From IMG/VR virus record IMGVR_UViG_3300042860_003557, positions 1 through 32,247 of that record: a stretch of 32,247 bases of DNA. One strand, 5' to 3'. Positions 1 to 8,781 of the stretch are shown piece after piece (positions within the stretch are counted from its first letter, which is position 1; each line of letters begins with the position of its first letter). The position numbers and the translations under genes are program-made. This DNA comes from a virus (lineage: Duplodnaviria > Caudoviricetes). The notes beneath the pieces were generated by a model. It was given only the letters and a program-made list of their open reading frames with translations. It was not told where the DNA came from and did no database searches.

Positions 1-831
1 TATGTTAGCAGAAAAATTGATGGTGCTAGATGTGTTGCTATTGTTGATAGCAATGGTGATGCTACCTTCTATTCCCGCACGGGAAAAGAATTTGATACTC
101 TTGCTATTGTTAGGGCCGGTATTAAGGTTCTTAACATTACTAATGTAGTATTTGATGGCGAACTTTGTCTTGTTGATGATGATGGTAATGAGGACTTTCA
201 AGGAGTTATGAAACAACTCAAGAAGAAGGATCATACTATTTCTAATCCTTCCTATAAGATTTTTGATATGATTAGTCATGACGAATTTTATAGCAAGCAA
301 GGACAAAAGAATAAGCCATATTCTATTCGCTATAATAATCTAGAGGCAGTTATGAGAGATAATACTTGTACTTGTCTTAGTTTGCTTGGTCAAGAACTTA
401 TTAAAGACGATGACCATTTTGCCGAATGGACTAAACGAGGTAATGATTATGGCTGGGAAGGTGTAATGCTACGAGCAGACGAACCATATAAGGGAAAGCG
501 TAGCAAAGACCTACTAAAAGTTAAGAAGTTTTTTGATGACGAATATGAAGTTATTGATATTGAAAATGGGCCATTTCGTTATGTATTAAATGGTAAAGAA
601 CACGAAGAAACTATGCTTTCTTGTGTAATGATTAAACATAAAGAGCATATTGTTCGTGTTGGTAGTGGATTCGCTATTGATCAACGACAAGAATTTTATC
701 AAAATCCTAAAAAGATTCTTGGTAAAATTATCACAGTTCAATATTTTGAAGAAACTAAGAATCAAGATGGTGGTATTAGTCTAAGATTTCCAACATTTAA
801 AATATTGCATGGTAGCAATCGTGAAATATAG
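1..831 (+). CDS. ATP-dependent DNA ligase, 5'-truncated by the window edge
   Basis: Frame 1 is open from base 1 (YVSRKIDGARC) and contains the KxDG adenylation motif, FDGEL, EGVMLR, LLKVK and an OB-domain tail (VGSGF, SLRFP). The track start at 208 is internal. Confidence 0.95.
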   Translation, partial: YVSRKIDGARCVAIVDSNGDATFYSRTGKEFDTLAIVRAGIKVLNITNVVFDGELCLVDDDGNEDFQGVMKQLKKKDHTISNPSYKIFDMISHDEFYSKQGQKNKPYSIRYNNLEAVMRDNTCTCLSLLGQELIKDDDHFAEWTKRGNDYGWEGVMLRADEPYKGKRSKDLLKVKKFFDDEYEVIDIENGPFRYVLNGKEHEETMLSCVMIKHKEHIVRVGSGFAIDQRQEFYQNPKKILGKIITVQYFEETKNQDGGISLRFPTFKILHGSNREI

Positions 832-1117
832 ACCAAATAAATATAGTAAAAGTGCTGAGTTTAGAATAAATCGTAGAATAGTTCAGGAATATGGTTTGCA
901 GGAAGCCAAAAACATTGGTGCTTTGGATTCACTTATCGAAGAAAAACAAAAACATAAGAACCTGAAACAGAGCAAAAAGAAGCAGTATAAAAAGCAAAAA
1001 CTTCAAGAAAAACAAAAGTCTCAAAAAAGCGGGTTGCATACAGGCACTGAATATGAAGAAAAATATAAACAATTTATTGCTAATGGTGGCGATCCTAACA
1101 GTTGTCCATTTGATTAA
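809..1117 (+). CDS. Hypothetical Lys/Gln-rich basic protein
   Basis: 102-aa ORF filling the gap between ligase and the next gene; start uncertain (GTG at 821 is possible). Confidence 0.6.
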   Translation: MVAIVKYRPNKYSKSAEFRINRRIVQEYGLQEAKNIGALDSLIEEKQKHKNLKQSKKKQYKKQKLQEKQKSQKSGLHTGTEYEEKYKQFIANGGDPNSCPFD

Positions 1118-1119
1118 TT

Positions 1120-1779
1120 ATGCTACAGATTTGTAGTTCCGGTAGTTGTTATATAGATAAGTTTATTATCTATGGTGAGAGACATTCTGGAACTAATTTT
1201 ATAGAAGAATGTTTTAAGCAAAGATTCGGTTTGCATCGAACCGGATTTTATGGCAACAAACATTTTTTTGGTTGGACAAAACCAGAAACAATATCCTATA
1301 AAGATAAACATGTGTTATTTATTGGTATAGTTCGTAATCCTTATGATTGGATTATGGCTATGATAAACCAACCCCATCATATAGAACCATATAGATTACA
1401 AGATATTAAATCATTCTTATTAAATGAGTGGTATTCTACTGATTATCATAATAATGAAATAATTCAAGATAGAAATTTTATTACTAAAAAAAGATATCAA
1501 AATATATTTCATATGAGAAATACAAAACATAGATTTTTATCAGAAATTATGCCAGTTATTGCTCCTAATTATGTGTTATTCTCGTATGACACATTTCTTA
1601 AAAATTATGATAATTATTTGAATACTATATCTAATAGGTTTTACTTAAAAAAAGTTGGTTCAGCACCAGAACCTGTCAATAAAATACCCTATGTCGTACC
1701 ATCATATATCAAAGAAATTATAGACAATAATATTGATTGGGCAGTAGAGGAAAGTTTGGGATTCTCTAAAAGAATCTAA
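1120..1779 (+). CDS. Sulfotransferase-like protein
   Basis: GERHSGTNF resembles the 5'-PSB loop; IVRNPYDW resembles the 3'-PB motif. Confidence 0.7.
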   Translation: MLQICSSGSCYIDKFIIYGERHSGTNFIEECFKQRFGLHRTGFYGNKHFFGWTKPETISYKDKHVLFIGIVRNPYDWIMAMINQPHHIEPYRLQDIKSFLLNEWYSTDYHNNEIIQDRNFITKKRYQNIFHMRNTKHRFLSEIMPVIAPNYVLFSYDTFLKNYDNYLNTISNRFYLKKVGSAPEPVNKIPYVVPSYIKEIIDNNIDWAVEESLGFSKRI

Positions 1780-1789
1780 AGAACGGGTC

Positions 1790-1818
1790 TTGACAAGACG
1801 ATACTGGTAGTGTAGAAT
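1790..1818 (+). promoter_or_regulatory. sigma70-type promoter
   Basis: TTGACA (1790-1795), 17-bp spacer, TAGAAT (1813-1818); intergenic. Confidence 0.8.
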
Positions 1819-1848
1819 CGTAGTGTTGTCTCTAACATTGGAGTGTTT

Positions 1849-2553
1849 ATGATTGTCGAGAATACGGTTATTCCTGTTCAGAATACTACGCTTGATAAGA
1901 CTAAGGCTGATACTTTTTTTGCTACTTTTCCGCGAGATAAAGTAGTAGCATACAAAGAATATTGGGAAAGTGTGCGTCCTCAGAATGTTGAGGATATTTT
2001 TCGTCGCTATCTCTTCGCCTACACAAGCGTCCATACCACTTGGCAGGGTAATGTGAAGGGTTATAATGCTATCAAGAATTTTGATGAATGGATTGACGAT
2101 GAAAATGTTTTGAAAGAAAAACTTCACAAGAGTGGAGTTGGTCTGCACAATAATCGTACAAAATATATTTGGGATTTTGCTACTAAGTTTTGGGCCAATC
2201 CTAAAGACTTTTATTTCACAGCAAAGAAGGGTCATGTTAAGAAGCGTGACGCTATTGTTAACAAAATTAATGGTATTGGTTTGGCTAAGGTTAGTTTTGC
2301 TCTTGAAATGATTCATCCTAATGAGGCTAGAGCATTGTGTTTGGATGTTCATATGCTTAGGCTTTACGACATGGAACACTTGAAATATAATAAGAGTAAG
2401 AGTGGCTCGACAACCTACAAGAAGGCTGAACGTCACTGGATGGTTAATTGTGGCAAGCACAAGATTCCATCATATATTGCTCGTTCAATCTATTGGGACG
2501 CTCTGCAAAAGAAAGAAGATAGTCGGTACTGGAGTTTTGTTCTTGAGGATTAA
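1849..2553 (+). CDS. HhH-GPD superfamily DNA glycosylase/lyase (OGG-like)
   Basis: INGIGLAKVS helix-hairpin-helix followed by LCLDVHMLR with the conserved Asp; GGAG at 1840-1843 favours ATG 1849. Confidence 0.7.
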   Translation: MIVENTVIPVQNTTLDKTKADTFFATFPRDKVVAYKEYWESVRPQNVEDIFRRYLFAYTSVHTTWQGNVKGYNAIKNFDEWIDDENVLKEKLHKSGVGLHNNRTKYIWDFATKFWANPKDFYFTAKKGHVKKRDAIVNKINGIGLAKVSFALEMIHPNEARALCLDVHMLRLYDMEHLKYNKSKSGSTTYKKAERHWMVNCGKHKIPSYIARSIYWDALQKKEDSRYWSFVLED

Positions 2554-2555
2554 TT

Positions 2556-2666
2556 ATGAGTCAAAATGGTAAAGGTAGTAAACCAAGACCCAAAAGTGTA
2601 GATCAAAAAACATGGGAAAAAAATTATGACCGAATCTTTGGTAAAAAAAGACCAAAAAATAAATAA
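2556..2666 (+). CDS. Small basic peptide, 36 aa (not in ORF track)
   Basis: MSQNGKGSKPRPKSVDQKTWEKNYDRIFGKKRPKNK; starts 2 nt after the upstream stop; GKGSKPRP...DRIF pattern recalled from phage micro-ORFs. Confidence 0.65.
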   Translation: MSQNGKGSKPRPKSVDQKTWEKNYDRIFGKKRPKNK

Positions 2667-2907
2667 CTATCGCACACTATTTATTCGTTGTGATTGCCAT
2701 AGTGAAGTTTTAGTTATTGATTATGATGGATCATTTAAAATGATTGAACTATCTATTTTTAGTGCATTTGTGTCATCAAAAATGTCTATATGGCAAAAGG
2801 CTAGATACATATATCAGATACTCAGATACGGTAGACCATATACTGATCAAATTATTTTGCATCAAAAACAAATAGATGAGTTGAAAGCATTTCTAAATAG
2901 TATATAA
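2626..2907 (+). CDS. Hypothetical protein with CxCH motif
   Basis: ORF track; contains RCDCHSE. Confidence 0.65.
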   Translation: MTESLVKKDQKINNYRTLFIRCDCHSEVLVIDYDGSFKMIELSIFSAFVSSKMSIWQKARYIYQILRYGRPYTDQIILHQKQIDELKAFLNSI

Positions 2908-2920
2908 TGGTGTACTTAAT
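2908..2920 (+). promoter_or_regulatory. Intergenic TGGTGTA motif, candidate phage-specific promoter element
   Basis: TGGTGTACTTAAT right after a stop codon; recurs intergenically at 13659 and 29184. Confidence 0.4.
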
Positions 2921-2956
2921 ACTGTGCCTATAAGCCCTTATAACAGGAGACACATA

Positions 2957-3127
2957 ATGATAATGAAGAATTATGTTGCTGACGAGTTAAGTAATAAGGT
3001 CTATCATCTACATAAGGCACTAGAAAAAGCACAGGAAATTATTTCTATTCTAGAAACAGAAAATAATAATCTAAAAAAACTTATCGAAAATATTGAACAT
3101 AATAAAATGGAACCTGTGGCCGCTTAA
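2957..3127 (+). CDS. Small coiled-coil protein
   Basis: AGGAG at 2945 precedes ATG 2957; heptad Leu/Ile pattern. Confidence 0.7.
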   Translation: MIMKNYVADELSNKVYHLHKALEKAQEIISILETENNNLKKLIENIEHNKMEPVAA

Positions 3128-3145
3128 AAATTCAAGTTGAGGGTG

Positions 3146-3173
3146 TTGACAAGCCGATAACAGATGATACAAT
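3146..3173 (+). promoter_or_regulatory. sigma70-type promoter with extended -10
   Basis: TTGACA (3146-3151), 16-bp spacer ending TGA, TACAAT (3168-3173). Confidence 0.8.
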
Positions 3174-3250
3174 GAGGATACAAAGCAGGATTGAACTGAT
3201 CGCGTGATTGGTACTGTTTTGTGGATTTTGGATTGAATTGGAGGTTGATT

Positions 3251-3532
3251 ATGGCTGAAGTTAATCTGGTTGAGAAGCAGAAGCGTGTTCGTTGCTCTGA
3301 TGAGCAGTTTCTTGAGGCTGTTTTTTCGTCTAAGACTTATGCTGAGATTGCCCATAAGACGGGTCAAAAGGTTGCCACTACAATGGCTCGTTTTGCTCGC
3401 ACAAAGGCAGCGTTGGCTAAGAAGGGTATGGAACTTCCCGCTATGGAACGTGCGAAGCCAGCCAAGACGGTTGATAATGTCGAGGCTATGGCAGAGGTTG
3501 TTCGTCGCCTAAAGGCTCACGCGAACGGCTGA
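3251..3532 (+). CDS. Small basic putative HTH DNA-binding protein
   Basis: GGAGG at 3240 favours ATG 3251; TYAEIAHKTGQKVATTMARF is HTH-like; codon usage relatively GC-rich (all Lys are AAG). Confidence 0.6.
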   Translation: MAEVNLVEKQKRVRCSDEQFLEAVFSSKTYAEIAHKTGQKVATTMARFARTKAALAKKGMELPAMERAKPAKTVDNVEAMAEVVRRLKAHANG

Positions 3533-3551
3533 GAGGGTTTTTAAAACCAAT

Positions 3552-3637
3552 AGGCAATCGGCTACAAGAATCTAAATGGCAGAGGCACAACAAGACGTAA
3601 TCAACCTCAAGTCAGTGGTTTTTGTAGTCGATTGTTT
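3552..3637 (+). ncRNA. Candidate structured RNA (long hairpin) upstream of tRNA-Leu
   Basis: 3552-3572 pairs continuously with 3617-3637 (21 bp, 5 G-U); inner TGGC/GTCA and GAGG/CCTC helices. Confidence 0.55.
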
Positions 3638-3640
3638 TAT

Positions 3641-3713
3641 GGGAGCGTAATCCAATGGCAGAGATAAAGGACTTAAAATCCTTCAAGTGTGGGTTCGAGT
3701 CCCACCGCTCCTA
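3641..3713 (+). tRNA. tRNA-Leu, anticodon TAA
   Basis: Acceptor GGGAGCG/CGCTCCT, discriminator A, anticodon arm AAGGA-CTTAAAA-TCCTT, T arm GTGGG-TTCGAGT-CCCAC; CCA not encoded. Confidence 0.93.
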
Positions 3714-3749
3714 TTCATTTATCAATTAAATTCTATAAAGGATATATTA

Positions 3750-3968
3750 ATGAGTAAAAATTCTCTGGAACTATATAAGATCGGCAGCAAGGTGAAGTTG
3801 ACTGATGATGTTTATGGAACTATAGTTAGTGCTACTATTAGTGCTGACAATCATATCTCGTATAAGTGTGGCTGGTGGAATGGTCGTAGTTATTCTACTG
3901 AGTATTTTGCGCCAAATGAATTAGAAGTTACTGTTGTGGAGAAAACTAAAATTGGGTTTGCTTCATGA
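3750..3968 (+). CDS. Hypothetical small beta-rich protein
   Basis: AAGGA precedes ATG 3750; the track start at 3687 lies inside the tRNA. Confidence 0.75.
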   Translation: MSKNSLELYKIGSKVKLTDDVYGTIVSATISADNHISYKCGWWNGRSYSTEYFAPNELEVTVVEKTKIGFAS

Positions 3969-4261
3969 ATGAATATTCTGATCCATTAGACTATATTTTG
4001 AACTGTGCCGAACAAGGTATTGTTCCTAAATTATTTACAATTCAAAATGCCAAAGATGAACTTAAAAAACTTCGACAAAAATTGGAGTCTTTTAAAGTAG
4101 TTGCTTATGGTAGAATTAATACCAGACATGATTTGTATGGACTAAGCATCAATTATAATCCATATCTAGATCAAGATACCGTTGTTCCCCTCTATTCTAA
4201 TAGAGAAGAATTCTTGAAAGAGGATTGGAGAGGATACCAATATGGTCGCTCTACCAAATAG
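3965..4261 (+). CDS. Hypothetical protein
   Basis: ATGA overlap with the previous gene. Confidence 0.75.
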   Translation: MNEYSDPLDYILNCAEQGIVPKLFTIQNAKDELKKLRQKLESFKVVAYGRINTRHDLYGLSINYNPYLDQDTVVPLYSNREEFLKEDWRGYQYGRSTK

Positions 4262-4568
4262 ATTTTATCGTGGAGTCGTTCATAGTCCACAAAATCCAAA
4301 GCATCCTAATTTTAAATTCTTAATTGTTGATACGGTTTATGAGAAGCAGGATGAAAATGGAGAATACTATACGGACTCATTCAATAGTTACGAAGATTTT
4401 CTATTCCACAATCCAGACCAAGGAGATTCTTTTTATGGAGTCTACGGTTCATATTGGATTGATATACCCAAAAACTGTATAAAAATTACTGAAACCAATA
4501 ATTTAAATGAAGCAATTCTTATTGCAGAGTCTATAATGGGTAACAGTATAATTGAAACTACATTCTAA
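4242..4568 (+). CDS. Hypothetical protein
   Basis: GAGGA upstream of ATG; operon packing. Confidence 0.75.
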   Translation: MVALPNRFYRGVVHSPQNPKHPNFKFLIVDTVYEKQDENGEYYTDSFNSYEDFLFHNPDQGDSFYGVYGSYWIDIPKNCIKITETNNLNEAILIAESIMGNSIIETTF

Positions 4569-5098
4569 TGATTAATACTGATTACGAAATTGATTATAGT
4601 GATTGGTTTGATGAAGGTGGGTGCTGTCAAGTATATCCTATAAAGAATAATAAAGATCTTGTATTTAAAGAATTTAGAAGCAAAAAGAAAGCACAAGAAG
4701 CATATTCTATTCAGAAAAAATTAGCCAAGTTTGATTTTGCCCCAAGGGTTTTGGATAAAGTCTGCAAACTTAATTTTGCAAAAGAAGATGGTGTTGTATT
4801 TTATAATAGCAGCGATTGGGGATATATTACAGAGTATGCAAAAACCTGTCAAGCCAATACTATAATTAGTATGCAAGATATTCAAGATTTAGTAGAGAAT
4901 ATCGCAGCAAAAACAGGGTTAAAGTTTTGGGATTGTCATTGGTATAATGTGGGCATCATAAATAGGAATGGATCAAAAAAATTAGTCTGTATAGATACTG
5001 GAAAAGAAAGTTTTAATGGAGATGCTAATGCTTGGGGGAATATTGATCCTGGGCCAAAATGTTCGTATTGCTTAAAATATAACTGTAAATGTGAGTAA
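4568..5098 (+). CDS. Minimal protein-kinase-like (PKL) fold protein
   Basis: FDEGGCCQVY (Gly loop), LVFKEF (beta3 Lys), WDCHWYNVG (catalytic DxHxxN), CIDTG (DFG-like). Confidence 0.7.
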   Translation: MINTDYEIDYSDWFDEGGCCQVYPIKNNKDLVFKEFRSKKKAQEAYSIQKKLAKFDFAPRVLDKVCKLNFAKEDGVVFYNSSDWGYITEYAKTCQANTIISMQDIQDLVENIAAKTGLKFWDCHWYNVGIINRNGSKKLVCIDTGKESFNGDANAWGNIDPGPKCSYCLKYNCKCE

Positions 5099-5103
5099 AT
5101 ATT

Positions 5104-5415
5104 ATGCCTTATATCAAAGAAGATGATAGAGAAGAATTAGATGTTTGTGTTGACCAATTAATCAACTGTATTCGTGATATTAAACATTCATTAAATAATC
5201 CCCATGATTTTAGTATATATTTAGGTAGGATTAATTATTGTTTTTCTAGAATTGTTAGCGGACTTATGGGAAACCCATCTTATAATAAGATAGCAATGAT
5301 TACTGGTGTATTAGAAAATATTAAACAAGAATTTTATCGCCGTGTTGCTGAACCATATGAAGATAATAAAATATTGGAAAATGGCGATATAAAAGAATAT
5401 AAAAGACTAAAGTAG
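5104..5415 (+). CDS. Conserved phage hypothetical protein
   Basis: MPYIK...GRINY...KQEFYRRVAEPYED..I.ENGD pattern recalled from a widespread phage family of unknown function. Confidence 0.75.
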   Translation: MPYIKEDDREELDVCVDQLINCIRDIKHSLNNPHDFSIYLGRINYCFSRIVSGLMGNPSYNKIAMITGVLENIKQEFYRRVAEPYEDNKILENGDIKEYKRLK

Positions 5416-5423
5416 GAGGTTTT

Positions 5424-5762
5424 ATGTCAAAAGATATTGATCATATTATGAGAGAAGTTATGAAGAATAATCAAGAAATACATAATATGGATAAAGATTT
5501 ATCTAAAGACATAGCAAGTCTACAAAAAAGCGTTAAAAATATAGAGAATAAACTCAAGAGCATGGACGAAACTCTGGAGAAATTACTAGATATTTTAAAT
5601 ACTATCACTGTTTTTATAGAAGAAGCAGACGAGGGTGAATTAGATTTAAATGATGGTGATGAGACTGAAGATTGGACTCCTTATGATGAACGAGGATTTT
5701 CCTATGAAGATGATGAGTATGAAGAAGAAGATGAGTGGAATAATCATGAGGATGAAAGTTGA
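5424..5762 (+). CDS. Coiled-coil protein with acidic C-terminal tail
   Basis: AGGAGG RBS; heptads followed by a D/E-rich tail. Confidence 0.8.
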   Translation: MSKDIDHIMREVMKNNQEIHNMDKDLSKDIASLQKSVKNIENKLKSMDETLEKLLDILNTITVFIEEADEGELDLNDGDETEDWTPYDERGFSYEDDEYEEEDEWNNHEDES

Positions 5763-6007
5763 TGGCTAGTTTAGCATTATTAGTAAGCATAATAGTGTTA
5801 TTCACAATATTAATTGGGCCAATCTCATATTTTTTAGCAAAACTTAAATTCCCTAAATTTTTCATCTATCTATTAAGTATTATTAGTATACTGTGTGGAA
5901 TAAGTTTTTGCTCTATACCAATTCCAGTATGGTATATTGGACTGATACCAGTTTATTTTGGCTATATTAGTATCCAGATTGCCAATAAAAAAGATAGTGG
6001 AGGTTGA
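5759..6007 (+). CDS. Small membrane protein (2-3 TM segments)
   Basis: Mostly hydrophobic sequence; ATG at 5762 is a possible start. Confidence 0.75.
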   Translation: MMASLALLVSIIVLFTILIGPISYFLAKLKFPKFFIYLLSIISILCGISFCSIPIPVWYIGLIPVYFGYISIQIANKKDSGG

Positions 6008-6032
6008 CAAGCCATCTTGCCGATGGTATACT
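6004..6032 (+). promoter_or_regulatory. sigma70-type promoter with extended -10 for rIIA/rIIB
   Basis: TTGACA (6004-6009), 17-bp spacer ending TGG, TATACT (6027-6032). Confidence 0.85.
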
Positions 6033-6039
6033 TGGGCTA

Positions 6040-6062
6040 TCACAGGAACGATTCACAGGAAC
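6040..6062 (+). repeat. Tandem TCACAGGAAC direct repeat in the rIIA leader
   Basis: Copies at 6040-6049 and 6053-6062; related TCACAGGTAA at 8751-8760 before rIIB. Confidence 0.6.
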
Positions 6063-6076
6063 TTGGAGACTAGAAA

Positions 6077-8749
6077 ATGAAGTTGGCAGATCGTGTTATT
6101 GATACTCATAGTGCTGGCGTTGCTAGTAGCAATCAGTTTAATATTGCTCAAACCAGTAAAATGTTTAAGATCCTTTCGGACTCTCTTTATTCCGACAAGG
6201 TTATGGCGGTTATTCGTGAACTGTCTACAAACGCTTATGACTCTCATATTTCAGCAGGCAATAAGAATCCTTTTAAGGTAACTTTGCCAACCGCTGCTAA
6301 TCCTAATTTTGTGGTGCGTGATTATGGCACTGGTCTTAGTCAGGCAGATATGGAGAACCTGTATACTACATACGGGGCTAGTAATAAGAACGATAGTAAT
6401 GATTTTGTTGGTTGTCTTGGTCTAGGGTCTAAGAGTCCGTTTGCTTATACCAAGAGTTTTACTACAACTTCTTATTTTAACGGTAAGAAATATACTTATA
6501 TCGCCGCTATTGATGATAGTGGTGTTCCCACCCTTAATCTTTTTAATTCGTGCGACACAGACGAGCCTAACGGTCTTGAAATTGGTTTTGCTGTTAAGCA
6601 GCATGATTTTCAAGAGTTCTCCAGTAAGGCCAAGCGTATTTATCACTATTTTAGAATGAAGCCCATTATTGAGGGTGGAATTGGTGGTAATCTACAAGAT
6701 CATAAGTATAGCAATACTAATATTGTTATTAGTGGCGACGGTTGGAGAGTTTGCCGTCTGAACAATGACAATAATTACTTTCCTAGTAGTTATCATCGTA
6801 TTGATAGTGGCGTTATTGCTATTATGGGCAATATCGCATACCCTGTAGAAACCGCCCAAATTATTGGCGAAGAAAAGCAGGAAAGTCCCGATCATATTCA
6901 ACGATGGAATCGTGCTTTCCAAAAGGCAGACATTGATAGTTGGAAGAATTTTGTTCATGAGATTATCAATTCTGGTCTTTATCTTGAGTTGGATTTTGGT
7001 ATTGGCGAACTTGAAATGGATGTTTCAAGAGAAGGTTTGCAGTATACCAAGCAAGTCAAGAAAAGTCTGAGAGAAAAGACTCAGGAGATTTTTACTGAAC
7101 TCAAGAGTATGTTTAGCCAAAAGATTGCTGATGCTAAAACTAAGATCGAAGCAATTACCACATATTATACCCTGAATGAACTTGCTGGTGGATGGGGAGT
7201 TGGTGCTTCGTGGACAGACAGCAAGGGTAAGAGTCATTCTATTAATTCTGGTAATGATCTAGAATATAAGATTCCTGCTGGAAAGAATCTGTATGTCTTT
7301 AACTATAAGAGTTCTGGCTATAGGTCACGCAGACTGATTGCTCTTACGGATAAAATCCATAATGAGACACTAACTGGTAAGGGCTATGGCTACTACTATA
7401 GTGCTAAGAAAAATGGCAAGATCGCTTTCTTTGTGTGTGACGTTAAGAGCGAAGAAACAGCAAAGAAGATTGTTACAAAGTATTGTAATCAAAACGATTG
7501 TTTCGGTTATATGATTCTTGATACCAAGGATCATACCAAGAGTAATGAGGGTTTTGATAAGTTGATTGAGGATGTTGGTCAGGATAATCTGCTAAAGGTT
7601 TCTGATTATAAGCATCTGAGCCAAAGTAATACTCCAAGAAAGAAAAGCACAAGAAGTAGTCAGGGTAGTGTTAGTGATCAAGATGTATTCTTTATTTATG
7701 GAGCATCTAAGGATAGCGGAGATATTACTAATCAGTATAACGACGCTAAATTTCTAAAGACACTGACACAGACCGAACTTGATGATTTTAGTGATAGTGA
7801 AGATATTGTATATATTCCTATTACTCGTTACAAGAGTAATGACAATGAAAATCTGCCCATGATTTCTGACTTAAACTATATGATGACTGATGCTTCAATG
7901 AAGAATCTAATCAAGGATATGTTTGGCAATACTAAGATTTATGCTATCAAGAGTAGTCTTGTAAAGAAAATGTCTGACGATGGATACAATATGATTCCGT
8001 TTAATGACTTCTTTATGGATAGCCTAAAGAAAATCAAGAGTCGTTTTGATAGTGTCATATCTTATAACGATCTTGTGGAATATTGTCGCAAGCAACATCA
8101 AGATAGTGATACAACCATAAATACTTATAGATACTATAATCATGGCACAGTCCTACACCAATTCGCATACCATATGTTGAATATTTTTGGTCTGGACTAT
8201 GCTAAGTTTATCAAAAATCAAGATATGGTTGATGCTGTCAATTATTACTTGATTACAGAATTTTTTGCCGATACTATTCATAGATTTAAGTACGACATTA
8301 CAAAGTTTACTAAAGAAGCATATTTTGATCATATGAATACTATTCTACAAACGATTGGTATTGATCAGATTGATAGTGAAAATATTCGTACTACTAATGT
8401 AGAGTACCATAGTCTACTTAATATGATTAATGATCGTATCTATAGACTTGATAGTGATAAGTATGTTAATATTATCAAGTCACAGACTAAGACTAAGTAT
8501 CAATTGCCAAAAGCATCTGAAGTCAGGAAAACGATTAAAGAGGCTATTGACAAGAATCCGATGATCAAGTATATTATGGGAACGAACCAAGTAACTGGTA
8601 TGATTAGAGAATTGACCGATAAAAATCCTATCTCTAGTCTTGATAATCGTGCTAGTTATTATACTAATAGTGGTAAGGATTGGTTTGCTCAAATGGATAG
8701 TGATAGCGTTGATCTGTTCAAGATTCAGTTGAGTAGTTTGATTAAGTAA
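6077..8749 (+). CDS. rIIA: rIIA-like protein with N-terminal GHKL ATPase domain
   Basis: SDSLYSDK, IRELSTNAYDS, VRDYGTG, GCLGLGSKSPFAY, VSREGL; directly followed by an rIIB-like gene. Confidence 0.88.
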   Translation: MKLADRVIDTHSAGVASSNQFNIAQTSKMFKILSDSLYSDKVMAVIRELSTNAYDSHISAGNKNPFKVTLPTAANPNFVVRDYGTGLSQADMENLYTTYGASNKNDSNDFVGCLGLGSKSPFAYTKSFTTTSYFNGKKYTYIAAIDDSGVPTLNLFNSCDTDEPNGLEIGFAVKQHDFQEFSSKAKRIYHYFRMKPIIEGGIGGNLQDHKYSNTNIVISGDGWRVCRLNNDNNYFPSSYHRIDSGVIAIMGNIAYPVETAQIIGEEKQESPDHIQRWNRAFQKADIDSWKNFVHEIINSGLYLELDFGIGELEMDVSREGLQYTKQVKKSLREKTQEIFTELKSMFSQKIADAKTKIEAITTYYTLNELAGGWGVGASWTDSKGKSHSINSGNDLEYKIPAGKNLYVFNYKSSGYRSRRLIALTDKIHNETLTGKGYGYYYSAKKNGKIAFFVCDVKSEETAKKIVTKYCNQNDCFGYMILDTKDHTKSNEGFDKLIEDVGQDNLLKVSDYKHLSQSNTPRKKSTRSSQGSVSDQDVFFIYGASKDSGDITNQYNDAKFLKTLTQTELDDFSDSEDIVYIPITRYKSNDNENLPMISDLNYMMTDASMKNLIKDMFGNTKIYAIKSSLVKKMSDDGYNMIPFNDFFMDSLKKIKSRFDSVISYNDLVEYCRKQHQDSDTTINTYRYYNHGTVLHQFAYHMLNIFGLDYAKFIKNQDMVDAVNYYLITEFFADTIHRFKYDITKFTKEAYFDHMNTILQTIGIDQIDSENIRTTNVEYHSLLNMINDRIYRLDSDKYVNIIKSQTKTKYQLPKASEVRKTIKEAIDKNPMIKYIMGTNQVTGMIRELTDKNPISSLDNRASYYTNSGKDWFAQMDSDSVDLFKIQLSSLIK

Positions 8750-8781
8750 TTCACAGGTAAGTAACACTAAGGAGTTTAATC

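Noticed and set aside
3687-3749. Track start of ORF 3687-3968
   Set aside because: Falls inside the tRNA; ATG 3750 has an RBS
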